64,000 nucleotides of DNA from an uncultured Verrucomicrobiae bacterium (GTDB taxonomy: Bacteria; Verrucomicrobiota; Verrucomicrobiia; Chthoniobacterales; UBA10450): assembly GCA_963735805.1 (NCBI GenBank), contig CAVTMK010000002.1, positions 256,001 to 320,000 of the forward strand. The letters run 5' to 3'. The notes below the pieces were generated by a model. The model saw only the letters and a program-made list of their open reading frames with translations, was not told the DNA's origin and did not search any database. Shown piece by piece: positions 20,525 through 30,105 of the stretch. A program made the translations under genes and the position numbers. How positions within the stretch are numbered: position 1 is the first letter of the stretch; each line of letters starts with the position of its first letter.

Positions 20525-21523
20525 CGTTACAGCAGCAATTCTGCCTGGATGCGCGTGACTTGAAAAGCACGCGAACCGTTTACGAGACTACGTCGCGCGA
20601 CCAAGTTGCAAGGGCGGTTGCGCGCTCCGTCACCTGACAGACAATTCACGCCGTTGCGCGAATATGGCAGCAAATATCCTGGTTCGTAGCGGCTATTCCT
20701 TGGGGCGCTCCGAGACGTTAAAGAAATTCCACTCCCACGTCTTGCCGTTATCTGCTGAAAAAGCCTGACCCCAGACAGGACGTTCCTTGTTCCGCGCATC
20801 CCAGCGAAAGACGACGAGGATCGGTTTGCCATTAAGCGTGTCTTTGCCAAAGAAATGACCGACGCCGTTTTGGTCGAACGAACCGACGACGGGAGGCTCG
20901 ATCTTTCCTGTGTTGCTCGCGATCCAGTAGAGACTCCAAAGTCGTGTCTTTGAGTCGAATAATCGCAAAGTGAGACCTTCGAAAAGTTTGCCTCCCATTC
21001 CAGGAAACTGCGTGGTTGAGTACGTATCCATGTCGGCCGCGCCGTTTAGAATCTTGGTATTCACGTCCGAGGAATCGAACTCCGTCCAGTCGCGGCAATT
21101 GGCCAGCCGTTTATCCAGATGCCGGTTGTGCATTTTCCATTTCCCGACTAGAAAATCGAAGTCTTTAGGCGAGGAATTGGGCGAAGCAGTTATCTTGAGC
21201 TCGCCCTGAGCGTCCAATTCCACTTTGGGAATCGAGATACTTTTGTCCGCCGTCAGCTCTTTGTTTTCCGCCGGAGCAAAATGCGAAAGTGCTAAGACCA
21301 AACTGATAATCAGGCAATTTCTAGGAACGAAACTGTGTCCCATCGCTCAATCTAAAGGTAAAAACTGGGCATTAGCAAATCGCCTTCTCCAGCGAAGCGC
21401 GCCTATTTGCAGCCTTCGCCGAGTCGCTGCGTTTCCATCGTAATGCGCACTCTAGCGCACATTTATGTCGGAATTGCGCAACTTCAAGAGACCTTGAAAG
21501 AGGTTTCGAATCCCGTTAGGGTC
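20505..21523. mobile_element. ~1 kb tRNA-Glu-anchored islet remnant bounded by 19-bp direct repeats TTCGAATCCCGTTAGGGTC
   Basis: Repeat at 20505-20523 (tRNA 3' end) and 21505-21523; no integrase inside. Confidence 0.65.
20693..21343 (-). CDS. Secreted DUF1579-like hypothetical protein
   Basis: Signal peptide; DFDFLVGKWKMHNR, WSLYW, WGQAFSADNGKTWEWN. Confidence 0.7.
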   Translation of the reverse strand: MGHSFVPRNCLIISLVLALSHFAPAENKELTADKSISIPKVELDAQGELKITASPNSSPKDFDFLVGKWKMHNRHLDKRLANCRDWTEFDSSDVNTKILNGAADMDTYSTTQFPGMGGKLFEGLTLRLFDSKTRLWSLYWIASNTGKIEPPVVGSFDQNGVGHFFGKDTLNGKPILVVFRWDARNKERPVWGQAFSADNGKTWEWNFFNVSERPKE

Positions 21524-21593
21524 CGAGCCGGCTCGGATCCGAATTGAAAAAGCGCGATTGAGAACGCGGCTGCTATGCAATAATTTAAAGGAG

Positions 21594-22622
21594 ATGGAGA
21601 CGGCCTTTTACCAGTCGGAATCTGAGCAGCCGCATCCAGGGCGTGCCCGCGCGATTATTAAAGCGCATCCGGAAGTCCGGCAATTGATGGTGCGCAATCC
21701 ATGGACGGCTGTCATTGCCGTCTCAATCGTGCTCATGCAAACGGGCATCGCTTTCGAAATGGGAAGACTGGGGTTCGGTTACTGGTGGCTCAGTTTGCTC
21801 ATTGCCTATTGCGTAGGTGCGTTCGCGAATCATGCCAATTACGTCATTATTCACGATGCCACTCACAATCTGATTTTCCGGAATAAAAGCTGGAACAAAA
21901 TGGTGGCCGTCGTCGCCGACCTTCCCAATCTCGCGCCCGGTGCTATGGGTTTCCGTGTTTATCATTTGAAGCATCATTCGCATCAGGGGGATTACGAATA
22001 CGACGCGGACCTGGCGAACCATTGGGAGGCACGACTCGTGGGCAACAAATGGCATCGAAAGGCGGTCTGGCTAATGCTCTTTCCATTTTTTCAGCTGACT
22101 CGGCCGCCACGACTGAAAGCGATTAAGATGTGGGACCGGTGGTTCTTCGTTAATTTTGCATGCGCTGTGGTTTACGATCTGGGGGTCGTTTATTTTTGCG
22201 GTTGGCCGGGATTTCTTTATCTCGTATTCGCATTTTTCTTTTCGATCGGGCTGCATCCGGTGGGGGCCCGCTGGATCCAGGAGCACTACACTTACGATTT
22301 CGACCAGGAAACGTTCAGTTACTACGGGCCGATCAATCGCGTTGCGCTAAACATGGGTTATCACAACGAGCACCACGATCTGCCCTCAATTCCGTGGAAT
22401 AATCTGCCGAAACTGCGCGCCATGGCTCCGGAATTTTACAATAACCTGAAATATCATTCGTCGTGGAGCCGATTGCTTTTCCAGTTCGTCTTTGACAAGC
22501 GATACAGCCTTTATTCGCGGGTTGAACGGATGAAAGAGAGGACGGACTTCCAACGAATCCCCAACATGACAGCCAATCAGGTCGGCGGTCTTGATCTGAG
22601 TGCGAGGACCATTAGTTTTTAG
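21594..22622 (+). CDS. Sphingolipid delta-4 desaturase (DEGS/DES)-like membrane desaturase
   Basis: His boxes HDATH, HLKHH, HNEHH; N-terminal FYQSESEQPHPGRARAIIKAHPEV like the DES N-terminal motif; GLHPVGARWIQEH, ETFSYYGP; AAGGAG RBS. Confidence 0.85.
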   Translation: METAFYQSESEQPHPGRARAIIKAHPEVRQLMVRNPWTAVIAVSIVLMQTGIAFEMGRLGFGYWWLSLLIAYCVGAFANHANYVIIHDATHNLIFRNKSWNKMVAVVADLPNLAPGAMGFRVYHLKHHSHQGDYEYDADLANHWEARLVGNKWHRKAVWLMLFPFFQLTRPPRLKAIKMWDRWFFVNFACAVVYDLGVVYFCGWPGFLYLVFAFFFSIGLHPVGARWIQEHYTYDFDQETFSYYGPINRVALNMGYHNEHHDLPSIPWNNLPKLRAMAPEFYNNLKYHSSWSRLLFQFVFDKRYSLYSRVERMKERTDFQRIPNMTANQVGGLDLSARTISF

Positions 22623-22624
22623 TA

Positions 22625-23239
22625 ATGGCAGAGCGATTGTACGTCTCGAACAAAAACGAGACAGTCCGGATGTTCGATAGCGATTTCATAGAGTTTTTTT
22701 CGCGGGTGCATCCGGTGACTCCATTGGTGTTGTATGTACCGGTGATTGGCTACATGCTTTATGTGTCTCTCTGGCAACACCAGTTGTCAGTCGTGCCGGT
22801 CACGGCGCTGTTTTTGTTCGGCGTTTTGCTGTGGACACTGACTGAGTACCTCATCCACCGGTACATATTCCATTACCAACCCAGGACTCGTTGGGGAAAA
22901 CGGTTGCACTATGTGATTCACGGCGTGCATCATGACTATCCCAACGACGCGCGACGGCTCGTTATGCCGCCAGTCATCAGCATCCCCCTTGCGTTTCTTT
23001 TCTATGGTCTGTTCCTTCTAATTTTTGGGAGCCTGGCGCCGCCGGTGTTTGCCGGACTGGTCTTCGGTTACGTTTGTTACGACATGCTTCATTACGCAAC
23101 GCACCATCTGATAATGAAGCGCGGCGCGTGGCTTTGGCTGAAGCAATATCACCTCCGCCATCATTTTAAGGACGATCACGTTGGATACGGCATCAGCTCG
23201 CCGCTTTGGGACTATGTTTTTCGGACCACGCGAAAATGA
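22625..23239 (+). CDS. Fatty acid hydroxylase (FA2H/Scs7-like, sterol desaturase family), no fused cytochrome b5
   Basis: EYLIHRYIFH, HGVHHDYPND.RRLVMPP, GYVCYDMLHYATHH, HLRHHF, GYGISSPLWD. Confidence 0.85.
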   Translation: MAERLYVSNKNETVRMFDSDFIEFFSRVHPVTPLVLYVPVIGYMLYVSLWQHQLSVVPVTALFLFGVLLWTLTEYLIHRYIFHYQPRTRWGKRLHYVIHGVHHDYPNDARRLVMPPVISIPLAFLFYGLFLLIFGSLAPPVFAGLVFGYVCYDMLHYATHHLIMKRGAWLWLKQYHLRHHFKDDHVGYGISSPLWDYVFRTTRK

Positions 23240-23486
23240 CGCGCTGGGAATATTCCACGGCCAGATAATCAGTTGACGCCGCAAAGGGTGGGGGTTCCGC
23301 CATCTCACCAAAAATCTTGTCCTGAAATCCGAAACCCGCTAGATTGGCTGCCCCGAGACGGAACTCGGCTGCATACGGATGCAGCGGACAACTTCGTAAG
23401 GAATCTGTGAAACACGAAAGCTTTCAACTTTGCCGGGACGCGCCGTCCGTTCGGACGGGAGCGAGCGAAAGGCAGTGTACCATTTG

Positions 23487-24791
23487 ATGAATCACGACCC
23501 GGCAAAACTCAGTCTGAGTAATTTTCTGGCACATGAAACGAGTGATCCGCTGGAGCCGCCGCCCGGATTCACGCATTGGATGCGACAGGCCACGTTCGCA
23601 GTGGAACTTTACGAACCGGAGCTGCTCGCCAGTGCGGACGCGCGCACGACTATCGATTACAACGGCCGGCCGCGCTCGGTAATCAACCTTTGTTCCTACA
23701 ATTATCTCGGGCTGGCAAATCACCCCGAAGTCATCGCCGCAGCGCAGGAAGCATTAAAGACGCACGGTCTCGGCGCATGCGGTTCGCCGATGCTGTCCGG
23801 CATGACGGACCTTCACCGCGAGCTTGAGCGGCAGGTGGCAAAATTCCTCGGACGCGAAGACGCCATGCTTTTTAACAGCGGATTTGGCGGCGCGCTTGGA
23901 ACTATCTCCGGTTTGCTGCGCAAAAACGACGTAGCGATCCTGGATAATCGCTCGCATTTGAGTTTGCGCGACGGTGCGGCGCTTTCGCGATGTCGGGCGG
24001 ACAAATTCGAGCACAACGACCCAGCATCGCTCGATAAGGCGCTGGCGCGTAAACAGGCTCGGCGTCAACTCGTGGTGATGGAAGGAATTTATTCCATGGA
24101 TGGCGATTTCGGGAACCTGCCGGCGCTGCTCGATATCGCGGAGTCGCACGGGGCGAGTGTTTTTGTCGATGAAGCGCACTCGATGCTCGCCTGCGGCGAA
24201 AACGGTCGCGGGGCCGCGGAAAAATTCGGTGTGGAAGGTCGCATACCGCTTGTTTACGGCACATTTTCAAAAGCTTTTGGCGCGCTGGGCGGGTTTGTGG
24301 CCGGCCCGAAGGACACCCTTCGCTACCTGCGTTTTTACGCGCACCCGTATGTTTATTCGTGCGCTTTGCCGCCCGTCGTGGTCGCGGCGATTCTAAAAGC
24401 GCTCGAAATCGGAATGCGCGAGCCGGAGTTACGGAAAAAACTTTGGGAGAACGCCGATTACTTTCACGCGCAACTGCGCAACCTTGGCATCGATACCGGA
24501 ATGTCGACAACCTACATAATGCCGCTCGTAATCGGCGACCGGGAACGCATGTACCGGTTAGGCCACGAGTTGAGACGGCGCGGTTTGTGGGTGGCGCCGG
24601 TGGATTACCCGGCGGTGCCGCAAAACAAGATTTGTTTCCGCGCGTGCGTGACGGCCAAACATACCCGCGCCGATCTCGATGAAGCGCTCAACATTCTCGA
24701 TGACACGCTCAAAGCGGATTCGAAAATTAAGGCGACCACGTTCCGGTTGCGCCTCAAAATGTCTGAGCTGGCGGTGAGGATGAGTTCTTAA
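23487..24791 (+). CDS. PLP-dependent alpha-oxoamine synthase, probable serine palmitoyltransferase
   Basis: SYNYLGL, EGIYSMDGD, DEAHS, GTFSKAFG; SPT assignment rests on gene context. Confidence 0.75.
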   Translation: MNHDPAKLSLSNFLAHETSDPLEPPPGFTHWMRQATFAVELYEPELLASADARTTIDYNGRPRSVINLCSYNYLGLANHPEVIAAAQEALKTHGLGACGSPMLSGMTDLHRELERQVAKFLGREDAMLFNSGFGGALGTISGLLRKNDVAILDNRSHLSLRDGAALSRCRADKFEHNDPASLDKALARKQARRQLVVMEGIYSMDGDFGNLPALLDIAESHGASVFVDEAHSMLACGENGRGAAEKFGVEGRIPLVYGTFSKAFGALGGFVAGPKDTLRYLRFYAHPYVYSCALPPVVVAAILKALEIGMREPELRKKLWENADYFHAQLRNLGIDTGMSTTYIMPLVIGDRERMYRLGHELRRRGLWVAPVDYPAVPQNKICFRACVTAKHTRADLDEALNILDDTLKADSKIKATTFRLRLKMSELAVRMSS

Positions 24792-25729
24792 TGCCGGCCC
24801 AGGTTGTTCACACGTCAGCCCCCAAGATCGAATCGACTTTCAAAGCGCGCGACGTCGAGGGAGCTTTCGATCTCTATTTCTACAGGCCAATAGGGTTTTG
24901 GTTGGCCCAGTTTTTTGCGCGCCTCAAGATGACGCCGGCGGGCGTAAGCTTGCTGGCCGGCATCTTTGGCATCGTCGCGGGACATCTTTATTTCTATCGC
25001 GATCTGAGCATCAACGTTGCCGGGATGGTGCTCCATGTTTGCGCGAATACTCTCGATAACGCGGACGGACAGCTCGCGCGTTTGACGCATCGGGAAAGCC
25101 GCGAGGGCCGTATCATTGATAGCATTGCTGACCACCTGGTCTTTGTCAGTGTTTACGTTCATTTGACCCTCCGTTATCTGTTCGAAGGCTCATCGCCAGC
25201 GATCTGTCTTCTCGCACTTGCAGCGGGGGTCAGTCATGCATTGCAAGGAGCAGCCGCGGATTATTATCGCAACACCTATCTTTACTTCGTAACAGCGACC
25301 GTCCGAAAGGGCGTAGATTCCTCATCTGAACTGCGATCGGATTATCGGAAATTGACCTGGCGTCATACACCGTGGCAGAAGCTTCTACTTGCTTTGTATC
25401 TGAATTTCACTCGCCAACAGGAAATGCTGGCGCCACGGCTGAAGACGTTTCGTGATGTCACCGGGCAATTATTTCATGGCAAAATCCCCGACTGGCTAAG
25501 AACGCGCTATCGAAACGTGGCCCGTCCAATGCTCAAGTGGTGGGGACTGTTAATGACGAATATCCGGATGCTGGTCTTGTTTGCCCTTCTGTTCATCAGC
25601 CAACCAGTTTATTACTTCTGGTTCGAGCTGATCCCGCTCAATTTGCTCTTTGTTTATCTTCTGTTTCGCCAGGACAACATGGCCGAGTCGCTCCTGAACG
25701 TCGTTGAGAGCGCAGAAAATTCGGCGTAG
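24791..25729 (+). CDS. CDP-alcohol phosphatidyltransferase family protein
   Basis: DNADGQLAR...GRIIDSIAD signature; 1-nt overlap with the SPT-like gene stop. Confidence 0.88.
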   Translation: MPAQVVHTSAPKIESTFKARDVEGAFDLYFYRPIGFWLAQFFARLKMTPAGVSLLAGIFGIVAGHLYFYRDLSINVAGMVLHVCANTLDNADGQLARLTHRESREGRIIDSIADHLVFVSVYVHLTLRYLFEGSSPAICLLALAAGVSHALQGAAADYYRNTYLYFVTATVRKGVDSSSELRSDYRKLTWRHTPWQKLLLALYLNFTRQQEMLAPRLKTFRDVTGQLFHGKIPDWLRTRYRNVARPMLKWWGLLMTNIRMLVLFALLFISQPVYYFWFELIPLNLLFVYLLFRQDNMAESLLNVVESAENSA

Positions 25730-25740
25730 TCATTCTCTGC

Positions 25741-26874
25741 GTGTCGGACGTCGAAATTTCAGAGGTCAGCTCACGCCGGGAGCGCGATGCGTTCATCAAG
25801 TTTCCCTGGAAAATTTACGCGAATGATCCCGCCTGGGTACCGCCGCTAATAATCGAACGCAAAGAGTTCCTCGATCGCAAGCGGCATCCGTTCTACAGAC
25901 ATGGCGATGCCGCGTTATTTTTGGCTCGGAAAAACGGCGAGATCGTTGGCCGAATCATGGCCAGCGATGACCCGAATTACAATTCGTTGCACCAAACCAA
26001 CGTCGGCTGTTTCGGTCTGTTTGAGTCCATCGATGATCGCGATGTAGCCGCCGCGCTCTTTAACGCTGCGGCGAGTTGGCTTCGCAAGAAAGGCCGTACT
26101 GAGATCATGGGTCCGATCGATTATTCAACCAATTACGTCTGTGCCCTGTTGATCGACGGCTTCGAATTTCCGCCCACAGTATTGACCGCGCACAATCCAC
26201 CGTACTACCGGCAACTGATCGAGGGCTGTGGGTTTACAAAAACGAAGGATTGGTACGCGTGGTGGTTTGCTGATCCGTCAAAAGCCGTGGCGCAGTTGCG
26301 ACGGCTGGGCGCTCGCGTTCACAGGCGGTGCTCTGTCACTTTTCGTCCAGCCAATCTCAAAAATCTTCGGGATGAAAGCAGACGGCTCCGTGAAATTTAC
26401 AACCAGGCATGGGAAAAGAACTGGGGCTTTGTGCCATTCACAGAAGCGGAAATTGAGTTTATGACCAACGAGCTTAAGCCGCTGCTCCTGCCGAAGTTTT
26501 CATGGGTTGCCGAGAGCGGCAATGAGCCGGTCGGATTCGCGCTGGGTTTGCCAGACATCAATGTGGTCCTGCGCGACCTCAACGGCCGGCTGACACGATT
26601 TGGGTTTCCAATCGGTCTGATCAAATTACTGTTTTGCAGGAACCGTATCCAAAAGGGTCGCTTGGTCGCTCTCGGCGTAATTGAAAAATATCGCCGTGCC
26701 GGCATTGCCGAGGTGCTCGTGCTGCGCGTGATAGAAGAAACAATGGTCAAACGCGGGATCACCGGCGAACTAAGCATGACTTTGGAAGACAACTTCATGA
26801 TCAACCGCTTTCTCGAAGCGATTGGTGCGCATCGCTACAAGACATATCGCATCTACAGCAAATCAATTGCCTAA
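25741..26874 (+). CDS. Tandem-GNAT N-acyltransferase, bacterial ceramide synthase (bCerS)-like
   Basis: FIKFPWKIYANDPAWVPPL, GEIVGRI, FGLFESIDD, HNPPYY, YNQAWEKNWGFVP, LEDN, YKTYRIY. Confidence 0.75.
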   Translation: MSDVEISEVSSRRERDAFIKFPWKIYANDPAWVPPLIIERKEFLDRKRHPFYRHGDAALFLARKNGEIVGRIMASDDPNYNSLHQTNVGCFGLFESIDDRDVAAALFNAAASWLRKKGRTEIMGPIDYSTNYVCALLIDGFEFPPTVLTAHNPPYYRQLIEGCGFTKTKDWYAWWFADPSKAVAQLRRLGARVHRRCSVTFRPANLKNLRDESRRLREIYNQAWEKNWGFVPFTEAEIEFMTNELKPLLLPKFSWVAESGNEPVGFALGLPDINVVLRDLNGRLTRFGFPIGLIKLLFCRNRIQKGRLVALGVIEKYRRAGIAEVLVLRVIEETMVKRGITGELSMTLEDNFMINRFLEAIGAHRYKTYRIYSKSIA

Positions 26875-27100
26875 AAGAATCGTGGTGTGTCGAGACGGGA
26901 CTACATCCTGAATTTTTTGACTAGAACAGCCGTCAGCAGAGAAACACTCTGGGTCGGGCAGATGATGTTTCATTGGGACGTTTAAGGGCCGACACCGTCG
27001 GGGGGAACGTAACACCAGCGTTACCTTTCCAGTCTAGCGCCGTCGGGCTATCGGCTGGAGTTTCCGACTAAGATAGCAAACGAAAGAAAGGAAAAATTGT

Positions 27101-28285
27101 ATGAAAACGACAACCTTACCGATCAGCAGTTCGATCAACCATTTGTCTTTACGATGCTCGTTGATTTTCATTTCGCTCGTCCTTATATGCGTGTTTTTGC
27201 CGAGAGCTGAAGCGGTGACTCCAGCTCCGGATGGCGGTTATCCGGGCTCTAACACAGCTGAAGGGGATAACGCGCTCCAAAGTCTTACGAGTGGCACATC
27301 GAATACAGCCATTGGATTTGACGCGCTCTTTAGCGATACCGCTGGCAGCAATAATACGGCGACTGGTATTGGCACACTCGGTAGCAACACGACTGGCAGT
27401 GATAACACGGCTAATGGTTTTGGCGCTCTGCTTCTTAATACAACTGGCCCTAACAATACCGCGGTTGGCTTTGAAGTGCTGTTTTTCAACAGCGCGGGCT
27501 TCGAGAATGCAGGCACTGGTTCGAGAGCGCTCTTTGCAAACACGACAGGTTTCCATAACACGGCCGACGGTTTTTCCGCGTTAATGAGAAACACAACGGG
27601 AAATCATAATACAGCAAACGGTGACGACGCGCTCAGCAACAATACAACCGGCAATTTTAATACAACAGATGGCGCTCATTCCATGGAAAACAATAGGAGC
27701 GGTAGCGCCAACTCGGCCTTAGGCTTTGGAGCTGGCAACAACGTCACCACGGCCAGTAATGTTATCTGTATCGGTTCCGGGGTAGTTGGTGCGAACGCGA
27801 GCAATAGCTGCTATATCGGGAGCATTTTTGGTCAAACCTCCGCCGGAGGCGCGGCGGTATTCATTAATTCAAGCGGCAAACTTGGCACGAGCACTTCTTC
27901 TCGTCGGTTTAAAGACGAGATTAAGCCAATGGAGCGAACAAGCGAAGCGCTCTTCGCGCTCAAGCCGGTAACCTTTCGTTACAAAAAGGAGATTGATCCG
28001 ACAGGCACACATCAGTTTGGACTGGTCGCCGAAGAAGTAGAGAAGGTGAATCCTGACCTGGTGGTGCGCGACCAAGCCGGAAAACCCTACACCGTGCGTT
28101 ACGAGGCAGTGAATGCGATGTTGTTAAATGAGTTCTTGAAGGAGCACTGCACAGTTCAGGAGCTCAAACAGGAAATTGCAATGCTCACTGCAATTGTCCA
28201 AGAGCAGGCGAGACAAATCGAGAAAGTGAGTGCTCGGATCGACGCAAGCCGGCCCGTTCCTCAAATTGCGCTAAACAATCAGTAA
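27101..28285 (+). CDS. Secreted 'tail fibre' protein with 14-aa NTAxG repeats and C-terminal Peptidase_S74 chaperone domain
   Basis: Signal peptide, AVTPAPDGGYP, repeats NTAxGxxALxxNTTG, SSRRFKDEIKPM...LKPVTFRYK...FGLVAEEV, coiled coil. Confidence 0.85.
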   Translation: MKTTTLPISSSINHLSLRCSLIFISLVLICVFLPRAEAVTPAPDGGYPGSNTAEGDNALQSLTSGTSNTAIGFDALFSDTAGSNNTATGIGTLGSNTTGSDNTANGFGALLLNTTGPNNTAVGFEVLFFNSAGFENAGTGSRALFANTTGFHNTADGFSALMRNTTGNHNTANGDDALSNNTTGNFNTTDGAHSMENNRSGSANSALGFGAGNNVTTASNVICIGSGVVGANASNSCYIGSIFGQTSAGGAAVFINSSGKLGTSTSSRRFKDEIKPMERTSEALFALKPVTFRYKKEIDPTGTHQFGLVAEEVEKVNPDLVVRDQAGKPYTVRYEAVNAMLLNEFLKEHCTVQELKQEIAMLTAIVQEQARQIEKVSARIDASRPVPQIALNNQ

Positions 28286-28549
28286 AACGCCAGGCGCGAG
28301 GGCTACAGATTAAACACCTCGCCTGGGCGGCCTGTCGTTCCTTCACCGCTCAGTGTTGTCGGCATGGTGACACCATGCCGGGTTCGACAGGCGTTGCCAG
28401 ACAATGAAAAATGAAGGCCTTAGGCGGCAGTGGTGACGGAAACCCGATTGTCAGAATGCAGCCGTAGATATTATGCTCGAATCGGTTCACTGAGTCATCG
28501 GAATGCAACGCTACAAGACATATCGCATTTTCAAGAGAACAGTGACCTA

Positions 28550-29257
28550 ATGAGCAAACCCCAGGATGGTTTCGTTTCACGATTTCTGAATCGGCCAATC
28601 TCGCGCCGGGTAACGACTTTTTTGCTCAAGTTTCCGATTCATCCCAATTGGTGGACGCTATCAATCTTTATTTTGCCGCTGATCGCAGCCGCATTCCTGA
28701 TGCGCGGCGATTACGCCAGCGTCGTCACTGGCGCGGCCATTTTTCAGGCATTCAGTATTCTTGATGGTTGCGACGGCGAAATCGCGCGCGCTAAAAATTT
28801 GGAATCGAAGTTCGGGGAACGTTTGGACAGCTTCTGCGATTTTCTTGCCAGTCTCGTTTACGTTCTCGCGCTTGGGATGGGGCTTCATCATTCAGTCGAA
28901 GGAGTTCTCTGCGCCGGTTTGATTATAGTGAACGAATGGCTTCTGCGGGGTGGCAAGAACGAGATGCAGATGGTTTCGGCAACGCTGCATGAGTCGTTTT
29001 ATTCCAGGCACCACGGAATGATCGGGCAGTCCGGGTTGCTCAATCTCGGCGAACGATTTGTGTGGTGGGTTTTCCAGCTAACCAAGCGGGATATGGCCAT
29101 CCTCTTTTTTCTCCTGCTTGCGCTACTCGGTCTGGCTGAGTGGATTCTTCATCTTTGGACGACTGTCGCCGCCGTAAGCCTGATTGTGACTGCGATCGCT
29201 ACGATCAGGTCTGGCGTGAACCAAGGCGATGTCGTTAGGCGAGAGCCGCGATCATAA
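28550..29257 (+). CDS. CDP-alcohol phosphotransferase (DIPPS-like)
   Basis: KPQDGFVSRFLNRPISR, DGCDGEIAR...GERLDSFCD; start may be upstream (28430). Confidence 0.85.
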   Translation: MSKPQDGFVSRFLNRPISRRVTTFLLKFPIHPNWWTLSIFILPLIAAAFLMRGDYASVVTGAAIFQAFSILDGCDGEIARAKNLESKFGERLDSFCDFLASLVYVLALGMGLHHSVEGVLCAGLIIVNEWLLRGGKNEMQMVSATLHESFYSRHHGMIGQSGLLNLGERFVWWVFQLTKRDMAILFFLLLALLGLAEWILHLWTTVAAVSLIVTAIATIRSGVNQGDVVRREPRS

Positions 29258-29295
29258 GGCGGTGCTCTACTGGAACGACACATTCGTCCGCCGTA

Positions 29296-30054
29296 TCAGG
29301 TCAGTGCGTTCTGCTCCGAAAACCTTCGGGATTTGAGTATCTGTCTCTCGGCATGTTGCAGCATTTGCGGAGTGTCCACGTCCTGCCACCAGCTCTCACT
29401 GATATCTATGGCCCGGACCTTATTGTCACGAGCCATCAACTGAACCCCATCAGCGAGGCTGCAATCGCCCTGACTGCCGCCGGACCTGGCTCGCTCGAGA
29501 TAATTGAAGATTTCGAGCGGGCAAACGAACAAACCGATATCAATCCCATTGTAATCGGACAGATTTTTTCCGATGTTGGTGATGTCGTTTCCGCGAGTTT
29601 GGACTTTCATGGCATCGTCCAGATCGAAAATGGAATCGAGTTTTCGATCCACAGCGATGTTAAGAAAACCAGGAGCGAAAGATTCAAGCAGACAACTGAT
29701 GATCGCGTTCTCGAAAATATGGTCGCTCATACTGAGAAGAAACGGATTTGTCACGCGGCCGGTGGCCATGAGAAGCGATACCCCATTCTGTTTTCTCCAG
29801 GAACGATTTTCGATGAAGGAGATGCTGAGGCCGGAAGGGATTAATTGGCTGACCTGCGAGATCATGCGCTCGCTTTCATAGCCCACCACGAAGTTGACGG
29901 TTCTGATCCCTCCGTGAATTAAGGCATCCAATGTGTACGAAATCAAGGGTCGGCCAGCCACTGAGACGAATGGTTTGAGAAAGGTTTTATCGGAATCACG
30001 CAGTCGCGAGCCTTCGCCGGCCATCAAAATCACAGCTTCGTGGATAGGAGCCAT
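29296..30054 (-). CDS. NTP transferase, IPCT/LicC-like cytidylyltransferase
   Basis: AVILMAGEGSRL...KPF, NGVSL, MSDH, DDAMKV, IDIGLF, WQDVDTP. Confidence 0.8.
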   Translation of the reverse strand: MAPIHEAVILMAGEGSRLRDSDKTFLKPFVSVAGRPLISYTLDALIHGGIRTVNFVVGYESERMISQVSQLIPSGLSISFIENRSWRKQNGVSLLMATGRVTNPFLLSMSDHIFENAIISCLLESFAPGFLNIAVDRKLDSIFDLDDAMKVQTRGNDITNIGKNLSDYNGIDIGLFVCPLEIFNYLERARSGGSQGDCSLADGVQLMARDNKVRAIDISESWWQDVDTPQMLQHAERQILKSRRFSEQNALT

Positions 30055-30105
30055 ATTCGGAGACAACTCAGTCTGGCGAGACCAGCGTTGCAATAAGGAC
30101 GAGAC

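Noticed and set aside
20423..20543. 11-bp direct repeat CAGCAATTCTG flanking tRNA-Glu
   Set aside because: Short, with no other sign that the tRNA was inserted
23487..24791. Calling the PLP enzyme bioF or kbl
   Set aside because: No bio or tdh genes adjacent and the neighbours are ceramide-type genes; not formally excluded without phylogeny
27280..27780. 42-bp periodicity in the tail-fibre gene as a possible CRISPR or DGR
   Set aside because: It is a degenerate 14-aa coding repeat; no cas or reverse transcriptase gene is present
27101..28285. Prophage suggested by the Peptidase_S74 domain
   Set aside because: No other phage genes, and the protein has a signal peptide
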